A stretch of 64,000 nt of DNA from a virus (IMGVR_UViG_3300030433_002456:1-64000), one strand, 5' to 3'; numbered from the stretch's first letter, positions 28,308 to 39,795 are shown. The notes: generated from the sequence alone by a model not told the origin. Made by a program: numbers and translations.

Positions 28308-31300
28308 ATGGCATACGAATTAGTTGAGAAAATTATTAAGGACTTAAGAGTTCGTAGAATTTTTCTACGACTGTTTTACATTGATACCCCTCTTCAACGA
28401 AGTTCATCTAGACCATTTTCTTATACAATTGATGACATCGGCGTAGAAATTTTCGGTGAAATCGATGACGCTGATGATACCATCATAAGTCTTCTTGTAA
28501 GTAATATTGAAAATATTCATGCTTACCTGTCAGAAACACAACCGCTGCCCCCAAGAATAGAACCAGAGTCCATTTCAGCAGGTGATACCACAACGCAGGT
28601 GGTTAGTTTTAAAAGAACCGAACCAACATTAGTTACAGATTTTGTTCGTGGAAGTGTGGGTGCTACCGGTTCGACCGGAACAAGCGTAACTGATGTTGCA
28701 ATCGAAAATGGTGAACTTAAAATCACAACGACAGATGCGGATGCGGTTTCAGTTCAAACAAATGTCGGTGTTGTAAAAGGCGACAGTGTTTCCGCTACCA
28801 GAGTTGGTGATAATCTAGTTATTGAAACAATATCTGGCACGGGTGGCACACAAACTATTAGTGACGAAAAGGTAGTGGGTGCTGATGGTGTCGGTGTTTC
28901 TCTTGATGTAACACAAGACTCTGATGGCAATCAAATTTTTACAGTCACCACCATCAACTCCGATGGAACTATCGGGGCAACACAAGAAGTAGGCATATCA
29001 CAAGGTAAGACTGGTGCTGACGGTAAAACACCACTTTCTGCTTTTGATACTACTGCGTGGTTAACAAACTCAACCAGTTCAGCGGGAGGTGCAGTTGAAG
29101 GTGTGGGTGGAGTCGCAGGCAAGGATATCATATCAACAGGCGGTGAGTTCCATGTAAAATTTAATGGGCGATCATCTGGTTCTGGTGATTTTATCCAATT
29201 CCCCACAGGTGTCTCGGCAAGAGCAAACCAAGCAGCAGAAACTTACATAAATCTTTTAAAAGTGGGAACTCAGGTTGACATCGTAAAAACTCAAGTTGAC
29301 AGTCTTATAAACCCCACCATCGCTGGATCTTCGTTTACCGATGATCAAACTTTTTCAAGAGTTATTCTCACGACTGACGCAGTAACCGGCGAATCACTCG
29401 GAGGTCGCTCCAACTTCTTTGGGTTCACCGCTACTGTTAGTATTACATCAACTAGAGATGCTGGTGAAACCTTCGGAACACTAAATGAGAACAGTTGTTA
29501 TTACAGACTTAAAAACTTTGTTTTACCGAAAGGCGACAAAGGAGACGGGGGAACTGCGGCGACAATTGGTAGCGTTCGTTATACATTTACAACATCCCCA
29601 CCGTCATCTGCAAACGCAAATGGTGATCCGGGACTGACCAATGGATTTTTATTCTTCTCTTCGTCTTCGGGTGGATCATGTGCAGTTTCAATCGAAGACA
29701 CAGATGGCAACGGCGCGCCGATTAACTTTAGCACTCAAAATAATATATCCAAAGTTTATACACTTTTGATTGAAAAAGAATTTGATCCCTCCGTAAAAAG
29801 ATCTTTAAATGTTGGAGATGGATCATTTAACCCACAAGTAGATCAGTATAGTATCGGTGACTTAAATGAAATCGACTTGTTCAAGCAAGTTTCATCACCG
29901 TTTTCGACAGGCACACTGACAACTGGTGACATTGTTGTATTAAGTCTCATACAAGGTGGGGCGAAAGGTTCCACAGGTGCCACTGGTATTACTGGTTCAA
30001 CCGGTGCTACTGGTACTACTGGTTCAACCGGTGCCACTGGTATTACTGGTTCAACCGGTGCTACTGGTACTACTGGTTCAACCGGTGCCACTGGTACTAC
30101 TGGTTCAACCGGTGCCACTGGTATTACTGGTTCAACCGGATCGACCGGTAAAACTGGTGCGAAGGTAAACAACATATCGATTAACGCCACCAAATCGTCA
30201 TCATTTTTTGATGGCGGAGGTGTCTTTGGAAATCAAAATGGGCAAAACCTCACACTCAACTTTGGATTCAGTTTCGGTATATTGGATGAGGATGGAAACG
30301 GAATTACGATTGAAATTAACGACAGCACCCCACCAATTGAAATTTTAGATGGTGTTCCCGGTGGTGTCTCCTCAAACCCACTTGCTCCCGTAACTGGTAC
30401 AGATGTGCCAGCGGATTCAAGTGGCGAAAACATAAAAAATGCTGGTGTTATTGCTTATACCACGGCGAGTGGTTTTTACGGTGATGGCGTTTTGCAAAAA
30501 ACCTTTACTCTCTCCAGTCTTGTAGAAACAAAGAATACACTAAGATCAAATTCATCTTACGGTGGTGGGAGTTTTGGTAAAGGTGGATTTACTGGTGCTA
30601 CGAATGACTTTTACTTTATGTTTACCACCGGAGTCTCACATGACCCCACCGTCACGGTCTCTGGAATTTCTTTAGACACCGAGTCGGGTGCTGTCGGATT
30701 CCCGTATGGTATAAACTCTGTTGAGTCTATTACCTTTGGAGATGGAACCAACATTCACAGTAAAAATGAATTTGTAACATCTGTTGGAGGTGCGACGGGA
30801 GATATTTTGGTTCATCCTGTCGATGGTCTTACCATAATTGATCGTGGTGCCAATGGACTCGGAGCAGGTAGATACCTCGGGATTGATGAGACAACAGCGA
30901 TTCATACTGCTGGGTTGTCTCTGGATACAAATGGGGTTACCTTCCCCGATGGAACTCACCAAAATACTGCGTTCCGTGCAGGACTCAAATATACCGTTAC
31001 TCATACAGGTATCGCAGAAACTCCGAGTGCTGGCGGAGTCAAGATGGCATCTAATGTCTCGGGAACGGCAGTTGATGTTCTGTCAATTCACGATACCGAT
31101 GCCAACGGAAATGATATTTCTTCCATCATGACTTTGTTTGCCGACAATGGTGGTTTCTTACAAGTTTTGAAAGAGGACGGCACTGAGTTGTTGATTGCGG
31201 CGGTTGACTCTACAGAAACAAGTATAGCAACTTTTGGTTCGGATGTTCTTACAATCACCGCTGTAAGTGGTATTGAAGTTGACACCACTCCTTCGGTCAA

Positions 31301-31841
31301 TGATGTAGTTTATGTTTACATTGTTCCAAGTCTTTCGACCGCCGTTCAGACAATCGGTGGAACCAACATATGGAACTCTGGTAACATTCAAGTCCCGACA
31401 AGTGGTGGTCTAACTGTTGATGAAATTGCAAATGTTGGATACTTGAAAATCCTACAACACGCAAGACGAGAGGTTGCACATTTCACGGTCCAAGCATCAT
31501 CTGGAATCAACTCTGGTGCAAAAACAACATCCATGCATTATGTTCCGTATAACGCCACCGTGGTAGAGGCAGGAGTGCGAACAGGAAGAACCGGTGGAAT
31601 CACTGCATCTTTTGTCACTGCTAACTATGCCGATCCTTTTGGATCACCAACAACATCGACCAGAACACTTGCGACTGTTAACGCGGCAACAGCGGCACAC
31701 GGAGCGACCACCTCAACAATTGCGAGTTCTTCTATTACAAGTGATAGTTATATTTACATGAACATTGATGGAATATCATTCCCCGGAATCACTGGGATTC
31801 AGGGATTCCTCACATATGAAAGAAATCAGGATAGTTCATAA
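28308..31841 (+). CDS. Tail fibre-like protein with a collagen-like G-x-T repeat
   Basis: 1177 aa, Gly/Thr/Ser-rich; (GSTGATG[IT]T)n; VTSVGGATG and [13 protein letters not shown] fibre motifs. Confidence 0.75.
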   Translation: MAYELVEKIIKDLRVRRIFLRLFYIDTPLQRSSSRPFSYTIDDIGVEIFGEIDDADDTIISLLVSNIENIHAYLSETQPLPPRIEPESISAGDTTTQVVSFKRTEPTLVTDFVRGSVGATGSTGTSVTDVAIENGELKITTTDADAVSVQTNVGVVKGDSVSATRVGDNLVIETISGTGGTQTISDEKVVGADGVGVSLDVTQDSDGNQIFTVTTINSDGTIGATQEVGISQGKTGADGKTPLSAFDTTAWLTNSTSSAGGAVEGVGGVAGKDIISTGGEFHVKFNGRSSGSGDFIQFPTGVSARANQAAETYINLLKVGTQVDIVKTQVDSLINPTIAGSSFTDDQTFSRVILTTDAVTGESLGGRSNFFGFTATVSITSTRDAGETFGTLNENSCYYRLKNFVLPKGDKGDGGTAATIGSVRYTFTTSPPSSANANGDPGLTNGFLFFSSSSGGSCAVSIEDTDGNGAPINFSTQNNISKVYTLLIEKEFDPSVKRSLNVGDGSFNPQVDQYSIGDLNEIDLFKQVSSPFSTGTLTTGDIVVLSLIQGGAKGSTGATGITGSTGATGTTGSTGATGITGSTGATGTTGSTGATGTTGSTGATGITGSTGSTGKTGAKVNNISINATKSSSFFDGGGVFGNQNGQNLTLNFGFSFGILDEDGNGITIEINDSTPPIEILDGVPGGVSSNPLAPVTGTDVPADSSGENIKNAGVIAYTTASGFYGDGVLQKTFTLSSLVETKNTLRSNSSYGGGSFGKGGFTGATNDFYFMFTTGVSHDPTVTVSGISLDTESGAVGFPYGINSVESITFGDGTNIHSKNEFVTSVGGATGDILVHPVDGLTIIDRGANGLGAGRYLGIDETTAIHTAGLSLDTNGVTFPDGTHQNTAFRAGLKYTVTHTGIAETPSAGGVKMASNVSGTAVDVLSIHDTDANGNDISSIMTLFADNGGFLQVLKEDGTELLIAAVDSTETSIATFGSDVLTITAVSGIEVDTTPSVNDVVYVYIVPSLSTAVQTIGGTNIWNSGNIQVPTSGGLTVDEIANVGYLKILQHARREVAHFTVQASSGINSGAKTTSMHYVPYNATVVEAGVRTGRTGGITASFVTANYADPFGSPTTSTRTLATVNAATAAHGATTSTIASSSITSDSYIYMNIDGISFPGITGIQGFLTYERNQDSS
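29967..30128 (+). repeat. Six 27-bp tandem units encoding a collagen-like repeat
   Basis: ggttcaaccggtgc[ct]actggta[ct]tact repeated; first unit slightly diverged. Confidence 0.95.
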
Positions 31842-32977
31842 TGGCATTAACTGACGTATTCATTTCACCAGAAGGTGCGGGGAGTAAGGACGGTAGTTCT
31901 GTTGCGAACGCACTACAGGCAATTGACAGTGGTGATTGGTCAACAGACATCGAGGGACTCGACCGAGCGAACAAGCGGTTTATATTTCTTGAGGGGACAT
32001 ATGCACACACAACTCAGTTAACTTTTAGTGGTTCTGCCCCTACAGACGAACAACCCAATCAGTGGGTTGGTGCCAAGTCTGATGGAACCATTCTTAGACC
32101 TAAGTTTGATCAAACGGGTCTTCGATTGGACCTGACAAACTATCCACTTTTTGTCAATAGTGCGAATACCAGTTCGATTAATACAGAAGAACACACATAT
32201 TATAAATGCTTGTCTTTTGAAAATACGAACGCCTCATACAGTCAAAATTCAATAGTTGAATCCAACACCGGTGATATTGACGCACAGATGTGGTTTGGTT
32301 GTAATTTTAAAGCAGCACCGGCAAATAACAATGCAGAAGTTATGATCGGAAATAGCACTATATTTTCAATGTGCGTTTTTGAGTCAACAACAAAACAGTA
32401 TGATAGAATACTTGACGTAAGAAGTAACACTAGTGTATCAGATTGTAGGATCATCGGGGGAGGCACATCTTCAGGTAGTGGTGATGGAGATGGTGTAACC
32501 ACAACTAACTACTTTGGAAAGTTGGAGAGATGTGTGATTTGTAATGTTCATGGTCATGGTTTTAACCACACGGCAACGAGCAACAGAAGTAACCCGCACA
32601 TTCGTAACTCCTCGATTATCAATTGTGGGTCAGATGGAATGAAATTATCACCCCCTGATTCAGCAGTCGTTCAATCAGGAGTGATAGAGGGATGTATTAT
32701 TTTTAACTGTGCGGGTAATGGTATCGCAGCGGAGGCAAGTGACGACAGACAGAGTGGGGCGCAAATCGCCGCGATGGGGAGTAACGGTGCAAACTTTGAA
32801 AACATGGACTCTTACGAGGACATGATTGATGTGATTGCGATCACCACCGCTGACTTTGTTGATTATGCGAATGATGATTTTAGAATCAGAAGAGATTCTG
32901 TTTTGTATAATTTTTACGGTGTGCAAAACTTTGGTGCTATTATGAACGAAGATTTCGAGTTTGTGAGTGTGAGTTAA
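31841..32977 (+). CDS. Parallel beta-helix (pectin-lyase-like) protein, possible tailspike/depolymerase
   Basis: N-terminal FISPEGAGSKDGSS..NA; repeated CxF/CxI strands; C-terminal FVDYANDDFRI...S.L. Confidence 0.65.
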   Translation: MALTDVFISPEGAGSKDGSSVANALQAIDSGDWSTDIEGLDRANKRFIFLEGTYAHTTQLTFSGSAPTDEQPNQWVGAKSDGTILRPKFDQTGLRLDLTNYPLFVNSANTSSINTEEHTYYKCLSFENTNASYSQNSIVESNTGDIDAQMWFGCNFKAAPANNNAEVMIGNSTIFSMCVFESTTKQYDRILDVRSNTSVSDCRIIGGGTSSGSGDGDGVTTTNYFGKLERCVICNVHGHGFNHTATSNRSNPHIRNSSIINCGSDGMKLSPPDSAVVQSGVIEGCIIFNCAGNGIAAEASDDRQSGAQIAAMGSNGANFENMDSYEDMIDVIAITTADFVDYANDDFRIRRDSVLYNFYGVQNFGAIMNEDFEFVSVS

Positions 32978-33606
32978 TGGAAAAGATTGTAATTGAAGAA
33001 CTAAAATATCCCGAAGTTGATCATCTTGACGTTATGATCAAAGAGATACGAAATATAAATGGAATTGAAAATTTTGATTGTTTCATACATGGTTCTTTTC
33101 CATATTGGTGTTCAGTTGGTGGAAAGACCGAGTGGAGACCAAAAGATATTGATTTAGCATTATTAGGTGAGTTTGAAGATCACAGACTTTTACGGCAAGT
33201 TGCTTTAAATATTATTTACCTTGGTCTTTATAAATACAGCATTTGGATAGACACCATGTGGTATCCGAAATATGAATACTTTCATCTATGGGAGAAGCAT
33301 ATTGCCATTGCAGTTCATGGTGATCGGGGTTCGGTTCCAGAGACACCTTGCGTCGGGTTCATGAATATTAGACAACCAGAGACACAGAAAATTAGAACTT
33401 GGAAACCATACAAAAACTTTCTTGATGGGTATCATAAAATGGAGACGATACATTACCTTAACGATAAACATAAAAAGAGAAATACGAGTCCAAGAATAAT
33501 TGATGTTAAAAAGTTTGACTTGTCGAGAAAAACAAACGAGGGTGTTTACTCAACTGTAGAGCAAATAAGACAATTAAAAATAGATAGTAGGAAGAGTCTT
33601 TCATGA
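32977..33606 (+). CDS. Nucleotidyltransferase-fold protein (putative)
   Basis: FIHGSF...KDIDLALL and a later IWID, resembling the pol-beta hGS...DhD signature; AT-rich. Confidence 0.5.
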   Translation: MEKIVIEELKYPEVDHLDVMIKEIRNINGIENFDCFIHGSFPYWCSVGGKTEWRPKDIDLALLGEFEDHRLLRQVALNIIYLGLYKYSIWIDTMWYPKYEYFHLWEKHIAIAVHGDRGSVPETPCVGFMNIRQPETQKIRTWKPYKNFLDGYHKMETIHYLNDKHKKRNTSPRIIDVKKFDLSRKTNEGVYSTVEQIRQLKIDSRKSLS

Positions 33607-33872
33607 AGTTAGTGGGAAGAATCGGAGATATGTGTGGAGGGAAGATCGTGACGGGAGCGAGTTCTGTCATCGTGGAGGGTAAGGTTGCCGCACATATTGG
33701 TAGTTTTATCACACCCCATCCCTTTGGTGATCACACTCACGTTGTTAGGATCGCCACAGGTTCAACATCTGTATACGTTGAGGGAAAACCAATTGCAAGA
33801 ATTGGAGATCAAGCGGAGTGTGCTGTTCATAAAGTAAGCACATCAGCAAACACGGTTTCAGCAGGAGGATAA
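33603..33872 (+). CDS. gp5.4: PAAR spike-tip protein (gp5.4-like)
   Basis: GRIGD..GG.I.TG..SV.VEGK.AA.IG...H...GS.SV.VEGKPIARIGD...C. Confidence 0.92.
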   Translation: MKLVGRIGDMCGGKIVTGASSVIVEGKVAAHIGSFITPHPFGDHTHVVRIATGSTSVYVEGKPIARIGDQAECAVHKVSTSANTVSAGG

Positions 33873-33874
33873 TT

Positions 33875-34882
33875 ATGCCAGTTTTTACAAGACAACTATT
33901 AGATGTTACAGGATGCGATATTCCATCTTTAGATTTAAGCACCGCCGAAAAGAAACTTTTAGATTTGATTGGATCGGATGAGGGCGCATTTCAAAATCCA
34001 ATTGAGGGTGCAATGGGAAAGGTGCAGGGTTCTATTAGTGATATATTAACATCCATTAATAACGCTGGTGGACCCAGTGCTGGGATCACAATTGATGTCA
34101 TAACAAACGCAGACGGGTCGGTCACCATTAGTGAAAATCCACTTGGGAGTCAAACCACCTTTGGTTTTTTAGCAGAAAATCTAGAGTTATTAAATGGAAA
34201 TGTTGATGAATTTAGAATTCATAGTGATCGTCTTAGCGGAGTGAGTGTTGCAAATCCATTTGGTTCCAATGAATATGGTCCCGGTGGCATTCAAGGTGAA
34301 TATCCCGGAATCGCTGGACTTCATGCCATAGCGTCACAATTTAACTCTCTTCAAGAAACTTTCAGAGACCCCGCACAGGCGGCGAAAGATCACTACTCTC
34401 CTATTTTTAATAGTCTATTTGGTCCCGGAGATGACATGATGCGATCTTTAGATTCACTAGTTTCAGGGGATATCGGAAACTTTTTGACAAACTTCCCCAC
34501 GGGAGGAAATCCCGGCGGAGGAAACTCTCAAGCAGTGCAAGATTTAGCAAGACTTGGTTCTAGTCTTAAAGACTTTCAAGCAAGCATACCCGCTTTAATT
34601 AATGACGACAATTTACAGTTTGAATTTGCCATAGATTACATTGCAAAGAAAACAACGGGACTCAGTATTTTATCCATGTTAGACGATCCTTGTTTTGGAA
34701 CTCGCTTACTAAATAAAGTTGGTAAGGGTGAATTCAAGGCAGCGGCAAATCAAGTGACTGGACTCGCTGCTGGGAGCGGCGGTCTTCTTGATCCCGGCAT
34801 CGAATCGCCAGACGACATAGGTGGATCAGATGAAGATTCTGATGACGGAATTTTGTATAGTGAGAGTGGCACCGGATTATAA
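33875..34882 (+). CDS. Hypothetical baseplate-region protein
   Basis: 335-aa ORF with a GGAGGA RBS, between PAAR and gp25. Confidence 0.6.
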   Translation: MPVFTRQLLDVTGCDIPSLDLSTAEKKLLDLIGSDEGAFQNPIEGAMGKVQGSISDILTSINNAGGPSAGITIDVITNADGSVTISENPLGSQTTFGFLAENLELLNGNVDEFRIHSDRLSGVSVANPFGSNEYGPGGIQGEYPGIAGLHAIASQFNSLQETFRDPAQAAKDHYSPIFNSLFGPGDDMMRSLDSLVSGDIGNFLTNFPTGGNPGGGNSQAVQDLARLGSSLKDFQASIPALINDDNLQFEFAIDYIAKKTTGLSILSMLDDPCFGTRLLNKVGKGEFKAAANQVTGLAAGSGGLLDPGIESPDDIGGSDEDSDDGILYSESGTGL

Positions 34883-34899
34883 AGTATAGATAATAAGAC

Positions 34900-35280
34900 A
34901 TGGCAAAGTTTACAGATATAGATCTAAATTTTACAAGGAATCCTGTCACGAATGACGTTTCAATCTTACAGGATGATGCCGCTGTCAAAGCGGCGGTTAG
35001 AAATTTAGTATTGACTGATGCAGGAGAGAGACCATTTAGTCCAACACTAGGTTCTTCTATTCGCGGACTACTTTTTGAACCAACATCCCCCATCATCGGC
35101 AGTGAGATTGAGGCGAGGATCAGAACCGTTCTAAAAAACTTTGAACCAAGAATTAAATTATTAAAAGTAGAAGTTATCACTAGAATTGATCTAAACGAAT
35201 TTGAAGTGACAATAGGATTTAGAATGGCAGGGGACACCAGAGTTAGTCTGGTTCCAATAACACTTAAGAGGTTGAGGTAA
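34900..35280 (+). CDS. gp25: Baseplate wedge subunit gp25
   Basis: FTDIDLNF..NPVTND...AVKAAVRNLVLT..GERPF.P.LGS...FEPRI. Confidence 0.95.
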   Translation: MAKFTDIDLNFTRNPVTNDVSILQDDAAVKAAVRNLVLTDAGERPFSPTLGSSIRGLLFEPTSPIIGSEIEARIRTVLKNFEPRIKLLKVEVITRIDLNEFEVTIGFRMAGDTRVSLVPITLKRLR

Positions 35281-37310
35281 TGACAAACAGAAAAAGTCTA
35301 TCAGTAAACTCTGTTGATTTTGAAGATATCAAAACTAACTTAAAAGAGTTTTTAAGAGGTCAGGAAAAATTTAAGGACTATGACTTTGACGGTTCAGGTC
35401 TCTCTGTTCTCATCGATCTACTCGCGTACAACACCCACTATCAGGCGTTTTATAATAACGTTGCCGCTAATGAAATGTTTTTAGATAGTGCCGTCAAAAG
35501 ACCCTCTGTCGTCTCCATTGCCAAAAGTCTAGGTTATGTTCCAAACTCAAAGACCGCACCCTCCGCGACGGTTGATGTGACATTTTCATCTGATCCCTCA
35601 TCCTCCGTCTTACTACCCGGCGCACAGTTCACGACAACTGTTGGTGGTGTGTCATACACTTTTGTAAATACTGAATCTGCCACAATCAACTTTGTAGATT
35701 CATCCACCCCTGCGATCACTGACTTGATCATAAAAGAGGGATCGCTTGCAAACACCACATATGTTGTGCCGGACTCCGATACAAATAGAAAATACAAAAT
35801 AAATGATAAAAACGCTGACATCTCGACGGTCAAGGTTCGTGTTCAAAACTCACAGACGGATACGACTGGACTGACAGACACTTGGTCAAAGGCAGGAGAT
35901 TTTACAGAGATAACTTCCACATCAAATGTATTTTGGATTGAAGAAAATACTTCTGGTGAATTTCAGGTTTATTTTGGTGATGACGTTATTGGTAAAAAAC
36001 TAGAGGCAGGTAATGTAATCACTATCACATATCTTGTGACAAATGGCACGGCGGCGAATGGAGCGGGAAACGAAGATAGTGAATCATCTAGAAGTTTTAC
36101 ATATTTAAATGCAGGAAATACTGTAGTAGTAAAGTCGGTGGCGAGTGGGGGAACTGATCTTGAGACAGTTGATGCGATTAGATTTAAAGCACCCAGAGCA
36201 TACACAACACAAAACAGAGCAGTGACCAAGGGGGACTATTCCTCTCTAGTCGAGTCTAACTTCACTGGATTTGACTCTGTGTTTGTTTTTGGTGGAGAGG
36301 AAGCAGATCCACCAACTTTCGGAACTGTTTTTGTTGCCATCAAACCAAGTATTGGCACGATAGTGAGTGACTCTGTAAAAAAACAAGTTCAGGACTTTTT
36401 AAGCACTAAGGCAGTTTTATCGATCACCCCACAGGTAGTCGATCCAGATTATACTTTTATCCGAATAAGTGCTAATGTTTTGTTTGATTCAACTAAAACA
36501 TCACTTTCCGCAGATGCGATTAGTTCTTCTGTCCGAGGAAACATAGTTTCAAATATTAATTCTAATCTTGGTAAGTTTGATCAGTCATTTTCAATCTCAA
36601 ATCTGTTGACGGATATAGATGCATCCTCTTCCGCGATTGACTCGTCGGCGGTTTCCATTCAAATGGAAAAAAGAATTTTACCACAATCCGTGAGAGCAGT
36701 TTCATATGTTGTTTCTTTTGGAAACCCAATTGACCACCCCCATGACGGACACAAGAATGTTGTGACCTCCAACACCTTTAAATACCTTGATCCTGTCGAT
36801 GGGGAGACAAAAGATGTTTTTGTTGGTGATGATGGGTTTGGTAATATTTCTTTCTTTAGAACAGTCAACTCGTCAACTGAATTGATTGCAGAGAACGTAG
36901 GCACAGTTGATTATGCACGCGGTATAGTGCGAATAAATTCTGTCCAAATATCATCGCCCGCAGACACACCCCTTATTAAAATATTTGCGGTTGCAACAAA
37001 TCAAAGATATATTTCTGTTAGAGATCAAATCTTATTTAATGATTATCTGGAGGATACCTCCGCGATTCGAGTAACGACAAACGGGATAGAGCAAACTCAA
37101 ATTACAAACGCTGGATCTGTTACGGTCGCAACAACATCTAGTTCAACGAGTGCCGGTGTTGGATCAGTCAGTTCGGGTGGTGGTGGTTCATCTAGTTCGG
37201 GTGGTGGTGGTTCATCTAGTTCTGGTGGTGGTGGTTCGTCTAGTTCTGGTGGTGGTGGTTCGTCTAGTTCTGGTGGTGGTGGTTCGTCTAGTTCTGGCGG
37301 CGGTTATTGA
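35280..37310 (+). CDS. gp6: Baseplate wedge subunit gp6
   Basis: DFEDIK.NLK.FL..Q..FKDYDFDGSGLSVLIDLLAYNTHY, QNRAVT..DY, GTVDY..G. Confidence 0.97.
   Translation: MTNRKSLSVNSVDFEDIKTNLKEFLRGQEKFKDYDFDGSGLSVLIDLLAYNTHYQAFYNNVAANEMFLDSAVKRPSVVSIAKSLGYVPNSKTAPSATVDVTFSSDPSSSVLLPGAQFTTTVGGVSYTFVNTESATINFVDSSTPAITDLIIKEGSLANTTYVVPDSDTNRKYKINDKNADISTVKVRVQNSQTDTTGLTDTWSKAGDFTEITSTSNVFWIEENTSGEFQVYFGDDVIGKKLEAGNVITITYLVTNGTAANGAGNEDSESSRSFTYLNAGNTVVVKSVASGGTDLETVDAIRFKAPRAYTTQNRAVTKGDYSSLVESNFTGFDSVFVFGGEEADPPTFGTVFVAIKPSIGTIVSDSVKKQVQDFLSTKAVLSITPQVVDPDYTFIRISANVLFDSTKTSLSADAISSSVRGNIVSNINSNLGKFDQSFSISNLLTDIDASSSAIDSSAVSIQMEKRILPQSVRAVSYVVSFGNPIDHPHDGHKNVVTSNTFKYLDPVDGETKDVFVGDDGFGNISFFRTVNSSTELIAENVGTVDYARGIVRINSVQISSPADTPLIKIFAVATNQRYISVRDQILFNDYLEDTSAIRVTTNGIEQTQITNAGSVTVATTSSSTSAGVGSVSSGGGGSSSSGGGGSSSSGGGGSSSSGGGGSSSSGGGGSSSSGGGY
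37170..37307 (+). repeat. 24-bp tandem repeat encoding the (SSSSGGGG)n tail of gp6
   Basis: agttc[gt]ggtggtggtggttc[ag]tct x5 plus a partial unit. Confidence 0.95.
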
Positions 37311-37329
37311 TAATAAGTAGGAGACACAC

Positions 37330-39795
37330 ATGCCATTAAAAGTATTCGGTGGGTCTTTACTCCTACCTCTGAGAATTGATGGATATACATTTGATCAACT
37401 TCCGTACACACCATCGGTTGATGAGAGATTTTCAACACAACTTAAAGATCAACTGCCTGATTTCGTAGTAAGTAACTACGATGCATTTTTGTCATTTGTC
37501 GAGTCGTATTACGAGTGGAGTGAGCAACATGGTAATCCCAGAGCAGAGGGTGTCAGACTTAACACATATAAAGACATTGATGAAACTCTCGATGGGTTCT
37601 TAGAGTATTTTAGAAACACATACATTAGAGATTTCCCATTTACACTAGCAGATGGTGTAAGTGAGAAAAATCTTATTAAAAATGTTGGAGATATGTATAG
37701 GGCAAAAGGCAGCAAAGCATCTTTTGACCTGCTGTTTCGTATTTTATACAATACTACGATTGATGTAAACTATCCAAAAGATAGAATACTAAAATTGTCC
37801 GACAGTAGATTTGATGATAGACAGTTTATTAGAATTGGACCCAGCATATCAATTGAAGAAGCGAAGACCATTGAGAATAGTTTACTTGTTCAACGGAGTG
37901 GTTCTAAAAGAGAAATTTATGCGACTGCCCTGATTGATAAAGTTGATTATGTTCATGAGGGTGGTTTTGATTTCTTCTCTCTTGCAGTGGAGGATGTTTC
38001 AGGTGAATTCAACACCGAAAATTTTGCAGAGATAGTAACATCTGGAGTGACTGCGACGAGTTATAAAGTTTCAGTTCTTCCCACCCTAGAATCTTTACAA
38101 ATAAATGCAGGTGGTACAGGATACGAACTCGGTGACACAGTTACCGTTACTGACTCTGGTGGACAAAAATTACTCAAAGCACAAATAAACAATATAGGTC
38201 CGCTCGGTCAAATTCGAGGTTTTGAATATAAAAATAATTTTGGAGTGTATCGAGACGGAGAAAACACTTTGTTTTCTTTTGAGACATTCTCCGGAACAGG
38301 TGCGAGTTTGTCCGCAGGTCCGGGTGCAGTTCTCACAGATGGTCCCGACACATACTTGGATGACACCGGTAGACTAAGTGGTCGCTCTTTTATTCAAGAC
38401 AGTTTCTTTTATCAAAACTACTCCTACATTATTAGGGTTGATAAGAGTCTGAGAGTATTTGCTGATGCTGTTCGACGACTGGTACACCCCTCCGGAACTC
38501 TAATGTTCGCTGAGTTTATAAACGAGGTATCACTATCTGGTGATGCTGGTTTAACATCGGACGCAAGAAGTAGATTTATTCCCATAATCGGTCACTATCT
38601 CCCACATACCTTTGGGACGACCATTGATCCTAGAGGATTTACTTTGGGTGCGGTTCATACCGATTTCTATCCAACAGGTTATAACGGTCAGGACGGAAGA
38701 ACCGCTGGAGATTTTGTGGGACTAACTCTTTCTTCGGGGGCAAGTGGTACGCCTCACTTGTTCCCAGAGTTGGGACACACGCATAATCCAGACAAACTTT
38801 TATTCGGCGATGCGAGTGGTCTTGCAACACCAATTTCCTTTCCATTTGATGGTGCTGAAACAACTCGAACAATTGTCGATGGTTCATTGGGGGGAACTGG
38901 TTATATTGGAGTGACCACCGACACTGACGGAGAACACGCAGGTCTTTTTGGTGCGTTTCCTGCTGGATCAAATAGAACGAATGCTTTCATTGCCGGTGCC
39001 GCCGGGGTCACTCACTTTGGTGGTTACACATCTCCATCAGAAACTAGTCTCTCCGGTGGTTTCTCTGGTGGTCAAATTATTCAGGTGGTTGGCACAGATT
39101 CCGCGACCGCAGACTTCTGGATCGTGTATCGTCATCCTGCTCACTTAGGACTAGAGAATCTAGGAACGACTGGTTCTAGAGAGGTTGTTCGTATTCCTGT
39201 AAAACCTGTCGCTGCCGACGAAGATCAGATTCAAACAATAAATCCCTCTAGTGATGGTTATTATTACCAAGACAGTGCTGGTATTACGTTAAACGGGACA
39301 CCGTACTTGATTGGAGAAATTGTAACTCAAGAAAAACCCAATGAACCTCTAGCAATTGGAAGAGTTGTTCAGTTTAATGCATCCGCACACCATCAGGGGT
39401 TAGGAACACCATTTTATAATATCGGAGTTGATATTCTTGAAATCGAAGTCTTAAACGGAAGATTTACCAAGGGTCTACTTGATGGCGATATTAACAAGGA
39501 TGGCAAGGTTAACGCTTCGGACTTATCTCTAGTTCTATCAAAATTTGGTTTAACCGGGGGTATCGCAGATGTAAATCAAGATGGTAAAGTTGATGGTGCT
39601 GACTTAGTAACAGTTTTATCTGGTTGGAACCAAACACCGAGACCGATAGTCGGAGAGTCATCGGGAGCAGCGAGATTAGTTGATGACTCTTTTGTGAGTG
39701 ATACATATAGGAGTGTTGTGTATGATACTAGTTGGATGGACATTCCAATTAGTGTCATGGTTAATGATATTGAATACAGCAACGTAACAAACTGA
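37330..39795 (+). CDS. gp7: Baseplate wedge initiator (gp7-like) with an embedded dockerin-like domain
   Basis: QLPDFV...F.SFVESYYEW, YRAKGSKASF.LLFRILY, IQDSFFYQNYSY, VHPSG; dockerin-like repeat at 39484-39630. Confidence 0.8.
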   Translation: MPLKVFGGSLLLPLRIDGYTFDQLPYTPSVDERFSTQLKDQLPDFVVSNYDAFLSFVESYYEWSEQHGNPRAEGVRLNTYKDIDETLDGFLEYFRNTYIRDFPFTLADGVSEKNLIKNVGDMYRAKGSKASFDLLFRILYNTTIDVNYPKDRILKLSDSRFDDRQFIRIGPSISIEEAKTIENSLLVQRSGSKREIYATALIDKVDYVHEGGFDFFSLAVEDVSGEFNTENFAEIVTSGVTATSYKVSVLPTLESLQINAGGTGYELGDTVTVTDSGGQKLLKAQINNIGPLGQIRGFEYKNNFGVYRDGENTLFSFETFSGTGASLSAGPGAVLTDGPDTYLDDTGRLSGRSFIQDSFFYQNYSYIIRVDKSLRVFADAVRRLVHPSGTLMFAEFINEVSLSGDAGLTSDARSRFIPIIGHYLPHTFGTTIDPRGFTLGAVHTDFYPTGYNGQDGRTAGDFVGLTLSSGASGTPHLFPELGHTHNPDKLLFGDASGLATPISFPFDGAETTRTIVDGSLGGTGYIGVTTDTDGEHAGLFGAFPAGSNRTNAFIAGAAGVTHFGGYTSPSETSLSGGFSGGQIIQVVGTDSATADFWIVYRHPAHLGLENLGTTGSREVVRIPVKPVAADEDQIQTINPSSDGYYYQDSAGITLNGTPYLIGEIVTQEKPNEPLAIGRVVQFNASAHHQGLGTPFYNIGVDILEIEVLNGRFTKGLLDGDINKDGKVNASDLSLVLSKFGLTGGIADVNQDGKVDGADLVTVLSGWNQTPRPIVGESSGAARLVDDSFVSDTYRSVVYDTSWMDIPISVMVNDIEYSNVTN

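Noticed and set aside
29967-30128. 27-bp tandem repeats as a CRISPR array or DGR template
   Set aside because: There are no unique spacers, the units are in-frame collagen-like codons, and no reverse transcriptase is in the window.
27401-37310. Bacterial T6SS/eCIS locus
   Set aside because: Capsid, portal, terminase, protease, gp32 and gp33 in the same window show this is a phage.
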